DNA of 63,995 nucleotides, counting the filler, from Craspedostauros australis (Eukaryota): the NCBI GenBank assembly GCA_030167865.1. It is 12 parts of 12 records of this genome, joined end to end, with 100 filler letters (N's around TTAATTAATTAA, not from the genome) between each part and the next. Parts side by side here need not be neighbours in the genome. Positions count along the whole stretch, not along the records: positions 23,335 to 26,626 come from JALAGF010005892.1; positions 26,727 to 29,908 come from JALAGF010005894.1; positions 30,009 to 42,664 come from JALAGF010005895.1; 9 more parts are not named here. One strand, written 5' to 3'. Positions 23,335 through 36,769 of this stretch are shown in pieces. Positions within the stretch are counted from its first letter, which is position 1. Every line of letters begins with the position of its first letter. Below the pieces are notes generated by a model that saw only the letters and a list, made by a program, of their open reading frames with translations, searched no databases and was not told the DNA's origin. Position numbers and translations under genes: made by a program.

Positions 23335-25802
23335 ACGTTCTCTCCGGCATTGTCAGCACGAATGTACTTCAGTTGGCCTCCTGCACGTTGGATGTCGAGT
23401 GAGACTTGCTCCACATGCGAAGACATCTCAGTCTTGTGTGAGCTGTAGTATACCCAGCTGTATCGGGTACAGTCATCGACCATCACGTATGCATACCGAT
23501 TGCCTGCGATCCCAGGTGAAAAGGGTCCAGTGGTATCGACGAAGATTCTCTCCCCTTTGACAACCGATCGAGTTGCTGTGGACTTAGGCACGTTCTTCTG
23601 CTTGCCTTTCATCAACCCACATGCGACGCATGCCTTCCACTCTCCTGTCAACTTGATGTTGAACTGCTGTGCAGTCTTCTCAAGGAGACGGCGGCCGATG
23701 TGTCCGAACTTGTCATGGGCTTCGTTGATGTCCATGTGTTTGGATCGGACTGGGGTGACGTCGTTTGGTGTTGGTACATCCTTCGGTTTGTTCGATGGGT
23801 CATCGGTGGGCACATCATGGGGTGGTACCATGTTGGGATCATCGGTAGGAACATGTTCAGTGTTCATGGTGGTATCAACCTCCTTCGACATGGTAGTCGC
23901 TGGGTTGGTAGTGGTCATTCCTGCCTGGTGGTATCNNNNNNNNNNNNNNNNNNNNNNNNNNNNNNNNNNNNNNNNNNNNNNNNNNGTGGACTTAGGCACG
24001 TTCTTCTGCTTGCCCTTCATCAACCCACATGCGACGCATGCCTTCCACTCTCCTGTCAACTTGATGTTGAACTGCTGTGCAGTCTTCTCAAGAAGACGGC
24101 GACCGATGTGTCCAAACTTGTCATGGGCTTCGTTGATGTCCATGTGTTTGGATCGGACTGGGGTGACGTCGTTTGGTTTGTTCGGTGGGTCATTGGTAGG
24201 AATGTCAGCCGGTGGTACCGCGTTGGGGTTTCTCGATGGATCATCGGTGGGAACACCTCTGGGTGGTACCATGTTGGGTGCATCGGTGGGAACATCATGT
24301 TCAGTGTTCATGGTGGTATCAACCTCCTTCGACTTGGTAGTTGCTGGGTTGGTAGTGGTCAGTCCTGCCTGGTGGTATCGAGCTCGTGCCGTAGTGATCA
24401 GCTGGGCACAATGTGCTTGGTCCAAGTCAGGGTTGAGGTAGTACATGCCATCCTCGGCAGTGGTACACTTGAAGGCTGTCTTGTCTGATGCCTTGTGAGT
24501 GACAATTGCGACGTCGTCATCGAACTCCACCTTGTATCCCCCTTGCTTCAACTTCTTGATGCTGATGAGGTTCTTGGTGAACTGCGGTGCCTTGACCACA
24601 CGGATGCGGATTGGGTTGCCAGTCTCGGCATCAACCATATCCACGAATCCTTCGCTTTGGGCCACGACGCATTCTCCATTCCCAACTCTGATCTTGTGGG
24701 AGCTTGGCTTCTCATCGATGAGTGGGGTGTCGGATGCACAAATGTTCAGCGTAGACCCGCTGTCCAAAAGCCACTTTCGATCGGTAGGATCAGGATCTGC
24801 TTGACAGACAAAGTCCATCGGATCCTTTCCATTGGTGCCATCATCACGGATATCCTCCGCCATGAGGACGTACGCGGTAAGTCCTGTATCACTGTCCTTC
24901 TGTGGGCACTTCTTCGCGTAGTGTCCCATCTGACCGCATCGGAAGCACTTGACATGGCTCTTGTCTTTGCCACTTCCGTTGTTGTTGTTGGTGGTGGTGG
25001 TGTTGTCTCCGCGGTCCTCATGAACAGTCCCCTTCTTCTGGTCACTGGCATGGCTGCGGCACACTGCTTTGGTATGTCCCTGCTTTCCGCAGTAACGGCA
25101 GAACACCTTGGTCTTCTTGGTGTGGTTCGTGTAGAACGCCTTCTCCGTGTCTCCTTTCTTGCTGCCGTAGAGATCAGTCCAGCGGTCATGAAGCTCCTCC
25201 ATCAGATCGTCGAGTCCCATGGTAGAGTCACGGCGAGCGTTGCGCTTGATAGCTTCGTACGCGTCTGGGATCATAGCGAGGATCATGGCCTTGAGTTCAG
25301 CCATTGGCTTCGCCTTCTTCATGGCACGGAGTTTCTTGTTGACGATGAGGATGTTGTTGATGACGTCCTCCGGGTCTTCCTTCTTGGTCATGGTACACGC
25401 CTTGTTCATCTCCTCGAGCACACGAACGTATGCATCGTCGGAATCCGGCTCGTACTTCTTGCACAAAGCCTTCCAGCCGAGGTGAGCGTCGTGGCGATGC
25501 ATGTCGGGTTCGTAGTCAGCCGATCCGTTGAGGTCCAGGATGATGAATGCCTTGTTGGTACAGACGACGGTGAGGTAGTTGCGTGCTGCGTTGTTCATCT
25601 TGACCTCCTTCAGTTGACCTTCTTCGAGCTTGGTAGTCTCGATGGCGCTGTGAGACATGTCCGTCTCTAAGGCTTCTGCCCATCCCCTGTTGTGGGCAAC
25701 CGACATCACCTTGCTCTTCCACTCGTACCAGGCTTCGGTCTTCTCGCCTGAGAACTCGAAGTACTTGGTGGAATGCTCCTTGATGGTCTCGTCTTCACTC
25801 AT
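23335..25802 (-). mobile_element. Ty1/copia gag-pol fragment (two CCHC knuckles, protease, GAG-pre-integrase, integrase start)
   Basis: CRYCGKQGHTKAVC, CFRCGQMGHYAKKC, WLLDSGST, HDKFGH..CVAC, IFVDTTGP..IRADNAGEN. Confidence 0.93.
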
Positions 25803-25895
25803 GGTAGATGGTTGGCTTTGGGGTTGTTGTTTGGTAGGTGTTGGATAACGTGGTAGTTTCATAGGACGATTTCAGACTAATCGTTTGATCAAATG

Positions 25896-26413
25896 TGTTG
25901 AAATGTCCGGGTGCTGTAGACTTGTTGGTAAAAGTAGACTGTTTCTGTTGAGGGTTGGTAACCTTTTCTCTGTCAGTATTATGAGCTCTTCTATTTCCGA
26001 TTCTGCTCTCTCTCTCTGCTGCTCTGCTTATCGTGATCTCGTGTTGTACATCAGCCACTCTGCTGATCTTATCTTGTATATCCATGTTGCTTCCGGCTAT
26101 GGAGCAATCCCATTCGTACTCGGAACCATTGGTGCATTCTTCTGTGATTCCATCTTGCTCACAGATTGCAATGTTGATGTTCCGAATCTGAACACATAAG
26201 GACACACATGGGGAGTCCTCCAATGTCAAGGTGTTTGCAAGTGTCATGTTCAATCTTGCATTCTGCACACTGGGGTAAAGTATTGAGACCACTACATTTG
26301 GTCACAGTTTCGGTCGTGGTACAGACACACGATTCATCTGACCTCCGCGAGTTTTCAGTATCGATTCGAGTCCCGTCTTCGTCTGGTCGGTGACGTCATG
26401 CCAAATCTCGACA
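25896..26413 (-). mobile_element. Probable 5' LTR (~518 bp) of the 23335-25802 copia
   Basis: On the minus strand TGTCGAGAT...TTTCAACA lies just upstream of gag. It starts with the same TGTCGAGAT as the 795-bp family. Confidence 0.6.
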
Positions 26414-26518
26414 TCCTCCCTCCGACCATGATCGAATCAGTCAACACCAACGCAAACCGCCGAGGCAGAGACCAGTGACGAACTTGGCCAGGGAGTCAAC
26501 GTAAAAGTCACAAAAAGA

Positions 26519-26626
26519 GTTAGGATTCGAGCGTAGGCGTCACGAATCGGTGGAGAATGCCTCGTGAATCTGCCGGCTTCGGGATAGCCGTGTGATGCAG
26601 TTCAAGAGAGGTGTGCTGTTTGAAGA
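26519..26626. repeat. Dispersed repeat; inverted homolog at 40750-40859
   Basis: GCCTCGTGAATCTGCCGGCTTCG and its flanks match in reverse complement. Confidence 0.75.
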
Positions 26627-26726
26627 NNNNNNNNNNNNNNNNNNNNNNNNNNNNNNNNNNNNNNNNNNNNTTAATTAATTAANNNNNNNNNNNNNNNNNN
26701 NNNNNNNNNNNNNNNNNNNNNNNNNN

Positions 26727-29511
26727 GTTCACTCCACTCACGAAACCGCTATGGGTTGCCATGAGTCTGTCGAACGTGATGCGTTGCCCGCGCTTCTCCA
26801 AGCTCATCACAACACCTTGGTTGCTGATGTCGAAGCCGTTCTCGAGAGCTTTGTTGATGCTCAAGAGGTTCACCCACAGGTTGGGCACGAACTTCACTTG
26901 CTTGAGCACNNNNNNNNNNNNNNNNNNNNNNNNNNNNNNNNNNNNNNNNNNNNNNNNNNNNNNNNNNGTTGCCTTGAGGTATCGGCCGCTGCCGATCTTG
27001 ATGGAGTGGTTGGCCACTCGCACGTTAATCATTCCCTCTTCGCTATTGGTGAGGTGGCATGAGGCACCGGAATCACCCAGCCACGTGTTTGCCTCGTGGT
27101 GGTCGGGGGCGATGGTGTGACGGAGTGCGCTTGCATCGTCGAGGTCACCGATCACCATGGCCATGTCTGGTTGAGCATCAGCCGCTTGGTAGATAGGGAG
27201 CTGGTTGAACTCCTCTGGGTCTCGTACTCCTTGGTCACTTGGATGATGCATCCACATCAGCATCTCTGCGGCATGCTGAACCAGGCTGTCGATGAGCCCT
27301 CTGTGGATGNNNNNNNNNNNNNNNNNNNNNNNNNNNNNNNNNNNNNNNNNNNNNNNNNNNNNNNNNNNNNNNNNNNNNNNNNNNNNNNNNNNNNNNNNNN
27401 NNNNNNNNNNNNNNNNNNNNNTCAGGCTTTCTCCTCCTCCTTCGGTGTACGCGTGCGCCGCGTCGCAGCACAGTAGGGCGAGCTCAGAGCGCACTTCATC
27501 AGCAACCATCATGTTGCTTAGAGAGTATCTCATTGCGACATGCAAAGGTCCTGCAGTCCAGAGCTTCTGGCGGCGCGTCATGATGTCTTGGATCGTTGTT
27601 GGCNNNNNNNNNNNNNNNNNNNNNNNNNNNNNNNNNNNNNNNNNNNNNNNNNNNNNNNNNNNNNNNNNNNNNNNNNNNNNNNNNNNNNNNNNNNNNNNNN
27701 NNNNNNNNNNNNNNNNNNNNNNNNNNNNNNNNNNNNNNNNNNNNNNNNNNNNNNNNNNNNNNNNNNNNNNNNNNNNNNNNNNNNNNNNNNNNNNNNNNNN
27801 NNNNNNNNNNNNNNNNNNNNNGTCGACTCCAGGCATCGCTACTTCATTCTCCATGATGTCTCCGACGTTGAGGGGTTCATCCTCGTAGACGATCCCGTCG
27901 AAGAGATTGTCTTCGTCGGTGTAATCATCTTCGTCGCTTGATGGGAAGTGCTCGCGGTTGATGGTCTCAACTGCAGCAACTGGGGGTCCGTAGTATCCGT
28001 ACACACTCGGGGTGTGGGCCTCTCGTTCCTCTTCAGAGTACTCGACCTCTTCTTCGAGGTCAAGTCCGGTCATGTCTTCATCGGTGGTTGCGAGGGCCAT
28101 GTCGTTGATGAACGACTCGTAGTGCGCCATGTCGGTGGTGTTGATTGTTTGGTTTTTCTTGATGTTCGTGATTTCGTCGATTGTCACGATTCTTGGNTTG
28201 GTCACATTTTTNACCTCAACNGGNTCGNTTTCGAGCTCNTCGGTGGGGAAACACACCAATTCTTCGTTGTTGACCGACTTGTCTTCGTCAGGTAACCACA
28301 TTGATTCATCGGTCATCACGAGATCGATTTCGTCTTCTTCGTCGATAGCGGGCATCCACATGGGTTCATCTACCACGACGAACGCGGCGTTGTCTGCCGC
28401 AGTGTCTTCGGGTAGCCACATCGGTTCCTCGACCATCACGAGGGCGACGTCGTCTGTTCCGTCCATACTGTCGGTGGCCACGTTGGCGGCGTCGGCTGCT
28501 CTCATCGCTGCCTTCAACTTGAAGCACTCGAGGATCTTGTGTCCCTTCTTACCGCAGTACTTGCAGTTTCCGTTGAACTTAGTCTTGTCCTCAGTATCAC
28601 TTCTCTTGTTCTTCTTCGGGGGCTTGCCACCTTTGTTCTTAGGCGCAGAGCGGCAGTCTGCCTTCTTGTGCCCGTAGGCGCCGCAGTTGCGGCAGTAGCC
28701 CTTGAAGCCACCAGTGGCGGCGAGTGCCATTTCTTCCTTGCTATGGTTCTCGCGCTTACTACCTCCTTGCTTGATGTGGCGTGCGTCGTAGGTTGCACTC
28801 ACGGCTTCGCGGATGTCTTCGATAGTCATCTGCTTTTCGATGTTCTCGAACTTGAGCTCGATGAGCTTCACATCCATTTCGTAGTCCCTCCCGAGAGCGT
28901 TGAGCACGAGCATGTGGTATTGCTCCATGTCCATGTTAACTCCCGCGTGCTTGAGGCGGTTGCGGATCACCTCCATTTCGGTGAGGAAGGTATCCGGATG
29001 TTCGCCTTTCTTCAATCGCATCCCGTTGAGTTGAGCCAACAACTTTGCCTTCATTGGCGCAGTACGTTGCTCGTAGATGCGCTCGAGAGCCTTCCACGCC
29101 TTACGAGGGTCTCCACCCTCGTAGATGTTGCTCTCGCATCCCAACACAGCCATGAAGGCGACATCGCCTTCGGTAGTTTCATGGTTGATTGCCATGGTCN
29201 NNNNNNNNNNNNNNNNNNNNNNNNNNNNNNNNNNNNNNNNNNNNNNNNNCCAGAGCCATCTTGTACTCCGCCTTCTCGTCGGGAGACATGGCAGATAACT
29301 TCGAGGCCTTAAGCTTCTTCTCTTCGCTTCCCGAGATGGAGGCGAGAGGAGAGGGGTCAAAAGCCTCGGTTTTCACAATCACTTCACCCAAGTCCTTGAG
29401 ATACAAGTCTCCATAACCCTTGCGGTTGGCGCGGGCGAGGAACTTCGCACTCCAAGCTTTCCAGGAGGATCGCTTGCCGTCGAACATGATCATGTAACGA
29501 TCGGTCTTACC
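26727..29511 (-). mobile_element. Ty1/copia gag-protease fragment with long gag-PR insertion
   Basis: gag N-terminus FDGKRSSWKAWSAKFLA, two CCHC knuckles (CRNCGAYGHKKADC, CKYCGKKGHKILEC), protease WLGDSGASCH. Many gaps. Confidence 0.9.
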
Positions 29512-30008
29512 NNNNNNNNNNNNNNNNNNNNNNNNNNNNNNNNNNNNNNNNNNNNNNNNNNNNNNNNNNNNNNNNNNNNNNNNNNNNNNNNNNNNNNNNN
29601 NNNNNNNNNNNNNNNNNNNNNNNNNNNNNNNNNNNNNNNNNNNNNNNNNNNNNNNNNNNNNTTCAGAACTGTGAGCTCATTCTCTTCAGCTCCTTTGCCT
29701 TTCGTTTCTCACATAGCATCTCCTGCAGCAGCATCGTGTTATACTGTTGCATTCATGCATCTCATCATCATGAATCGTCGCTTGCATACATGAGATCGCA
29801 TCCGCAGGCATCCCTTGTCATACCCATCGTCGTGCATATCCGTAGGCATTCTTTCCATGCACCTTGTCGTGCATATCCTTATTCTACATTCCCTGCGGTA
29901 CGATTCCANNNNNNNNNNNNNNNNNNNNNNNNNNNNNNNNNNNNNNNNNNNNTTAATTAATTAANNNNNNNNNNNNNNNNNNNNNNNNNNNNNNNNNNNN
30001 NNNNNNNN

Positions 30009-32892
30009 CGATCCGCAGTGTCTGGATGAGGTGATGGAGTTGGATGCTGATCTTCCCTTCATGCGCCTCCTCGATGATATGCGGTTGCAGTGCGCGACAG
30101 CATCATCGGGACCGATGAGGACGATGACGACACCATATACCGACATTCACCTGCAGAACTTCAGCAAAGAGGCACTACGCGACTGGGTGTCGCAGCTGTT
30201 TGATCAGGACGATGATGTCGTGGATGAAACCACCAAGCTCCTGCACGAACAGACCGCAGGCAACATCTTCCACACCATCCACCTGCTACAGGACATGGAG
30301 CGCACCAAGGCTTTGACATACAGCCGCATCACGTTCCAGTGGGAGATCGATGCTTCCCGGCTCAGTTGCACTCCAAGCAACAACAACACCAACAACCACA
30401 ACATCAGTGATGGCATGGGCGGCAGCAGCCACGCCGCAGCAAACGGTGTGGTCCAACTCATCACATCCAGACTACGATCTCTGCCTGTTCCATTGCAGAG
30501 AGCACTCGTGCTGGCGTCGTACATCCGATCCTCGTTCGAGCTGGGCGTACTACAAGCGGTGTGGGACTACGAAGCACAGCACAACTCCACCGGCGGTGAC
30601 GTCCTTGCCACTCCTGGAGGCAAAGTCAACGAGGCGGACGCTGGCAAGTCGCTTGCAGAGTGGTTGGAACAAGCTGTTCTGGAGGGCCTCCTCGCAAACT
30701 CCATCGGCGCTGCAAGCTATCGCTTCGCACACGACCGCATCCAACAGGCAACGCGTGATCTCGTGCCGTTCGGAGAGGCGCGCATGAAGCTTCGTCTGCG
30801 GATCGGGCAGTGTCTGTGGGACTTCTGCACAAACACCACCAGCAGCAGTGGTGGCGGTGACTCGCCCAACACAGTCACTGATCGAGGAAGCGACAGCGGT
30901 ATCTTCTTCATCGCAGCCGACCATCTCAACTGCGCCCCAACCAAGGATCATCTGACATCGACTCGGCGCAATCTGCAAGTCGGCGAGCATGCACTTCAGA
31001 TCGCCGCTTTGGCGCCTGCTGCGACATACCTCCAGCTTGCGAACACTGCACTACGCAAGGTGAAAGGTAACCTGTGGCAAGACTACTACGATCTGACGAT
31101 TCGATTGATGCGTGCTCGATGTGACGTCGAGCTCTCTCTCAGCCGATTCGACTTGGGATATTCGTTGGGAAACGCGGTGCTTGAGCATGCACGTTCTGCT
31201 CAGGACAAGCTCCCTACGTACATTGCAATTGCCAGTGCTCTCGGCAGGCAAGATGACCATGCGAAAGGGTTACAGTTGGCCCAAGAGGGTGCCCAGATCT
31301 GTGGCGAGTATCCCAAGCGATGGTTTGCGTTCCATGGCATATCGCAGCTTCTTTCTGTCAGAGCCTACTTGAAGAGGACAACAGTGAAGCAGTTCTTCGA
31401 ACAAAATCCGATCACCGACAACCCACAAACATTGCTCTCAATGCACCTATTGAAGGAGCTTGGCATACGAGCGTATTCATGTCAAGACATTATGGCATGG
31501 ATGGTGGCAACCATGCGAACGATGCAGATGACGAGGCGAGATGGCATCTGCGAGTATTCTGCTGGCGCCTTGATTTCCTTTGCCATGATCCAAGCAGGCT
31601 TGGGCGAGTTTGCGGACGCACGCAAGTCCGCCGAACTTGCAAAGGAGATGACACTTAGGGTGGGCCGTGGGACGAGGACAGAGGGATGGATATATTACAC
31701 CGTCGCCATGTATGTGGATTCGTTCTTCAAGCCATGGAGTGAAGTCTCCCAGGACTTTCAATATGCTTACACGTCGGCCATGGCAGCTGGCGATGTCGAG
31801 CTCAGCGTGCTAATCCTGAATGCGAACGTAATGTTCTCGTTCTTCGATGGGCGCCCCCTCCCCTTCGTCGTACCGGCCGCAAGGTCTCTCTTCGAGCACA
31901 TGGAGATATACAAGGTCGATGTATTTCGGGGTACACGCGATGAATTGTTCTTGTTATGCAACTGTATGCAAAACACGATCGAAGTGGAATGGGAGACACT
32001 CATGGATGTCAACAAATATGAACACACGAACCCATTCGAACGAACCTCCGCTTATTGGGGTCGCCTCTACATCGCGGTGTACTTCGGCAAGTTCGAATAC
32101 GCGGAGAAGATGGATCATCTGCTCACGACGAACGGCCTGGACGACCAAAGCTTTCCTTTTGTGACATCAGTCCCTTTCCTCTGTGGGTTGATGGCTTCTC
32201 ATCGATACCGACAGACAAAGAAGAAGAAGTACCTCAAGATGCTCCGGCAACGCAAGCGGGAGCTGAAGAACATGTGCGACCAGAAAGGAATCAGTGTGCA
32301 CTATCTGTACTTGATTCTGCGCGCTGAATGGAAGGCCATCAAGGTTGGAGCCACCAGCTCTGCCCTCGTGGACACCTGCTACGACAATGCCATCATGCAT
32401 GCCAGAGCCGGAAACCATCTTGACTCAGCAGGGCTCGCGAGTGAGCTGGCGGGCAAGCAGCTGCTGAGGAGAAGCGGCGGCAAGGACCCTCGCATCCGTG
32501 GCTACTTCACCCAGGCGTTAGGCTTCTACGAGAGATGGGGCTCCGTCCCCAAGGCCAAGAGTTTCCGTGAAGAGTACGGTGACTACGTTGATGAAGATCG
32601 TGTGCGCAAGATGAAGATGGACAACAGCCTCGTCGGGCAAATCAAATCCATCGATCTTCGCGATCAGTCGCAGGAGCATCACAGTCATACGGGCCACACC
32701 CAAGATCTGATGTCACATGGAACACCAGGCAATGGACTTGCCCAGTCTGTTTCCGACATGATTTCTAAAGGGCAGGCAAGCAAAGATCCAACAGCGAGAA
32801 CGCCGAGCGATGACAACGCGAGAAGCAACGAATCGGCGGAGAGTGCTGTCGATGATGACAACATGTCTCAGCTGGCAGATTCATCGCAGTAG
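30009..32892 (+). CDS. STAND/AAA-ATPase-associated helical protein (C-terminal ~950 aa, 5'-truncated), resembling the ATPase/TPR-like core of multidomain Ser/Thr kinase-ATPase-histidine kinases but ending without a kinase domain
   Basis: Motifs TAGNIFH, YRFAHDRIQQA, FFIAADHLN and AxGFYERWG..KA in a 953-aa open frame. Confidence 0.8.
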
Positions 32893-33803
32893 ACAGAGGA
32901 AACGAGTATAATTGTCAAACATGTACAAGTAACTACGGAAGACGTATTGGCCCGTTGTTGCGTGCCCTAGTCGGAGCTCTTGTTGATTATTTGTGAGTGT
33001 TGTCCGAAGACAACCCCCCAACCAGTATTTGACTAATACGATTAGTAAAAGAGTATGAAGTAAGGAATTCAGTGAGAATTGTCATGCCCCTTGATCTCGT
33101 GGTAAACCTGCATAGAACAGAGTTGTGACAAATGATGTGAGTGCTGGCTTTGCCAGCGCCTTTGTGAGCATATCCGCAAAGTTCCGTTTGGATGGGACAT
33201 AGACTGGAACAAGGACTCCAGCTCCCACTGCTTCGCGGACTCTGTGGAATGAGACTGCCACATGCTTCTTTTGTAGCAAGCTGTCTGCAATGGTCGTGTT
33301 CGATATCACTGCAGCATTGTCGCCGAACGTGATCGTTGGCGCTTTGGCTGTGACTCCCAGCGATCGGAGTGCGTATTGGAGTGCAATGATTTCCTCGGTA
33401 GCCGAGCGCATTGCATTGAATTCTGCTCCGTACGTTGATGTTGTGACTGATGTCTGGCGTTTGCTGGAGAAGTGCACTGGGGTGCGTCCCAGGAATATGA
33501 TGATGCCGGTGTTCGATCTCCGCATGACCAGATCATGTGCATGGTCCGCATTGACGAAGGTGCACATTTGGATCTCAGGGTATATTGCTGCCGGTGCCTG
33601 ATCGTCAATGTCCTCGGCCGCTTCAGGGTACTCTTCCTTCATCTGTGCAACCATCTCTGGGTTGGGTGATTCTGGATTGAAGTTCTTGAATGCGATGGGC
33701 TTTGAGTCGATCATGGTTCTGAGGGTTGATTTGTTCTTGAGGTATCCCCATATCTTAAGTGCTCGTGTGAGATGCCCTTTTCGTGGCATCGATGTGAAAC
33801 GTG

Positions 33804-34634
33804 TGTCGAGATGTACATGTGAGTATATGTCAAGATGTACGTGTATATGTGCATCGTTCACCCGCTATTCTCTCATACGCACTTGGACGGTANNNNNNNN
33901 NNNNNNNNNNNNNNNNNNNNTGATTCGTCAGAATTACAGGGGAAATGGAACACACGAAAAGGGGCAAGATTTCTGGAGGAAATTTGCAAATAACGATTTC
34001 TGAGAGAATTAGAAATCTCGTCCGTCCATCCATCAATGGTACCAAGGAATCTTGAGGTACTTCCCAACTAAACCTCAGATGACGATATCATCTGACAGAC
34101 TACTGCATCACCAATGGAACGTGACATCTGNNNNNNNNNNNNNNNNNNNNNNNNNNNNNNNNNNNNNNNNNNNNNNNNNNNNNNNNNNNNNNNNNNNNNN
34201 NNNNNNNNNNNNNNNNNNNNNNNNNNNNNNNNNNNNNNNNNNNNNNNNNNNNNNNNNNNNNNNNNNNNNNAGACCATGGATACTGAAGGTGAACTTCAAA
34301 TGGTAAGTACTCATGGAGTAGCAGTCAGTACTGAATGAACGGAGTGTCGAATGCGGAGCACGCATCGAACACGGAGTATCGTGTAGCACAAGCACACGAT
34401 GGTGAGAGAGAAAGAGAGAGAGAATACAGAGAGGAGCGAGAGAGGATCTTGCGTGCCGACTCATAGTCGGAGACTGAATCTACGAAACAGATTGAAGCGC
34501 CGAGAGCATCGGGCAAGAGAACGAACGGACACCGAGAGTATNNNNNNNCCAACGTAATGAAATAGCAAACAGACGACTATCAACCAATACCATCTTCCAC
34601 GATCGTAGGTTACCGTGAGCGGAACTTGCCAACA
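33804..34634 (+). mobile_element. 795-bp LTR-like element, copy 4, 6-bp TSD AACGTG, inside copia RT
   Basis: AACGTG at 33798-33803 and 34635-34640. RT reads AFATSSLSR|FTSMPRKGH when the insert is removed. Confidence 0.93.
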
Positions 34635-36198
34635 AACGTGAGAGAGAAGAAGTTGCAAATGCGACGTCGAAACGTCCGAGCTGTACAACCCAGTTCAGCA
34701 TGCCAATGAGCTGCTGGAACTGCTGTTGCTCGCCAGGTGTTAGTAGTGGCGTATCATCTGTTTCTGGATGATCCTTGCTCTTCATGGGTACATGTTGATC
34801 ATGCAGTTCCCCATGGAGCCGTTCGATCTTGTCCAGCGCATTGGAAATGTATTTGTTGCATCCGACACTCCATTTTCCTTTTGCGTTCCTGGAGTAATTG
34901 TTGCCAAGATAGTACTTCGGTGGTCCAATGTCTTTGACAGTGTAGACTTGTTGGATTGCTTTCATGTACTGATCTGGGTCTTTGGCGACTATCTTGAAGT
35001 CGTCCACATGGGTGCAGATGTAATCGTATCCAGAGTCATCTCTGTGCTGGATCCATACATCTTGGTCATGCCGGGATGGCGTGAATCCCATTGATGAGAG
35101 AGTGTTAGCGAAGTGTGCATGGAATCGTTGAGCGCTCGACCAAAGACCGTACAGTGCTTTCTTGAGCACAATGACTTGTCCTTCTTTGTCATCAAATGCC
35201 TTTCCTGCTGTTGTGTAGATCTTCTCATTGGTATACGCATTTACGAATGCGTTGCCTACATTGCCACATAGCTGTTGCAGGTTGTTTGCATCTGCTATCG
35301 CATCGAGGATGCGGACGCTTGTCGACTTGACGGTTGATGAGTAGACTCGGATGTTATCAGCCAGCTCGATGAGGTGCCCGCCTGCTACCAAGCGCCCCTT
35401 GCGTCGCAGGTCTTGCTTGACCACGAATATGAGTCAGAGTTTCGTGCTCTGGTAGTCTGCTGGTGGTTGGTATGTCGATGGGTGGAATTTGAAGCAGTCG
35501 AGTTCGATCAATGCGTCGATCTCTTTCTTTGCCGCGCCTCTCCATAGGTGGTTCCCATTGGCTTCATCCAGTTGCAATGCATGTTTCATGTTGCGTGGGA
35601 CCTCGACACCGTATTGGTATACAGTGGCGAAGTAGTCTCTTTTCGGCTTCTTCTTGCCTGGACGGATTCGTCTGGTGATGATGATGTTGTCATTCTCATC
35701 CATTGTGAAGGCTCGAGTCTGCTCGATTCTGCGGATTCTGCGCCTGATGGCTCGCAGTGCATGTTTTTGCCCACTTGAGTAGGACTTGCGATTGTCGATT
35801 GTGTCGACCGTTGCGTTGTGGTTTGTTGTCGATGATGTACCTTGCTACCATTTCGGGATGGTCTGCTTGAATCACGTCATATCGGAACCATTGCGTTTCA
35901 GTGTTGGACCATTGTACGTTGAAGTGCAGATGTCCGTCTCTGAATGCATGGCTGAGGATCGATTCGATTGCCAAGTCGTCAGATTTCTTGTTTTCGACCT
36001 GATTTCGGAACAGCTCGTCATGCTCTCTCTCGATGAGAGAGGACTCACGCCCCTGAGAGCAGTGCTCCAGAGGATCTGGCATTGCTGTGACTTTGGAGTC
36101 ATCGTTCTCCTCAGAGATGTTACCTGTGGATGCGTCGCCGTCGTCATCCGAGATGACGCCGTGTGCAGTATGCTTTGTCGGATTGCTGTCGTTGGGTA

Positions 36199-36769
36199 TG
36201 ATATTTATTAGCACAACGCTTTATTCACCTGATTCGTTTTCTGATTAGTCTGTCCTTGTATGTGCTGAAACGATGCTTTACTCCGACACATGATTTTCGG
36301 CATAAGAGGGACACACTAGGGAGAACATCAGAGATTCGGTCTGGCCATCGCCCGGCAAACATGTGATGCCCAATTCGATCTGATATACTTCCCAACTAAA
36401 CCTGAAATGACAACACACTCGATGACCTCAAGCATCATCAATGGAATGTGGAATCGACAGAGCCATGGAACGGTGATAAGTGACGTCGACACAGAAGACA
36501 TCATCGCCACATCATGGGTCATCTCCACATCAGAACAAGATCGGATTCGAGGTGCAATGACTGAGAGCTGACCTTGAAGACANNNNNNNNNNNNNNNNNN
36601 NNNNNNNNNNNNNNNNNNNNNNAGAAGTCACTCAACCCAAACAGTGTCTTCACTCACCAGCTTGTCACCCTCGTCCTGAAAGACTTGATCTCTCTTGAAG
36701 GACTCGTGTGATTTCGCTGTGTACAATAACGAGATAACAATATTGGGTTGACCAAACCATCGGTCAGCA
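36199..36769 (+). mobile_element. Insertion in copia pol, diverged relative of the 795-bp family (boundaries uncertain)
   Basis: TACTTCCCAACTAAACCT..ATGAC and CATCA.CAATGGAA..TGACGTCGACA blocks at ~36386-36490 match the 795-bp element. It interrupts the pol frame. Confidence 0.5.

Noticed and set aside
24495..25670. Long antisense ORFs (also 38530..39468, 43652..44428, 47504..48316, 56091..56969)
   Set aside because: Shadows of real ORFs on the opposite strand caused by codon bias. No domain signal.
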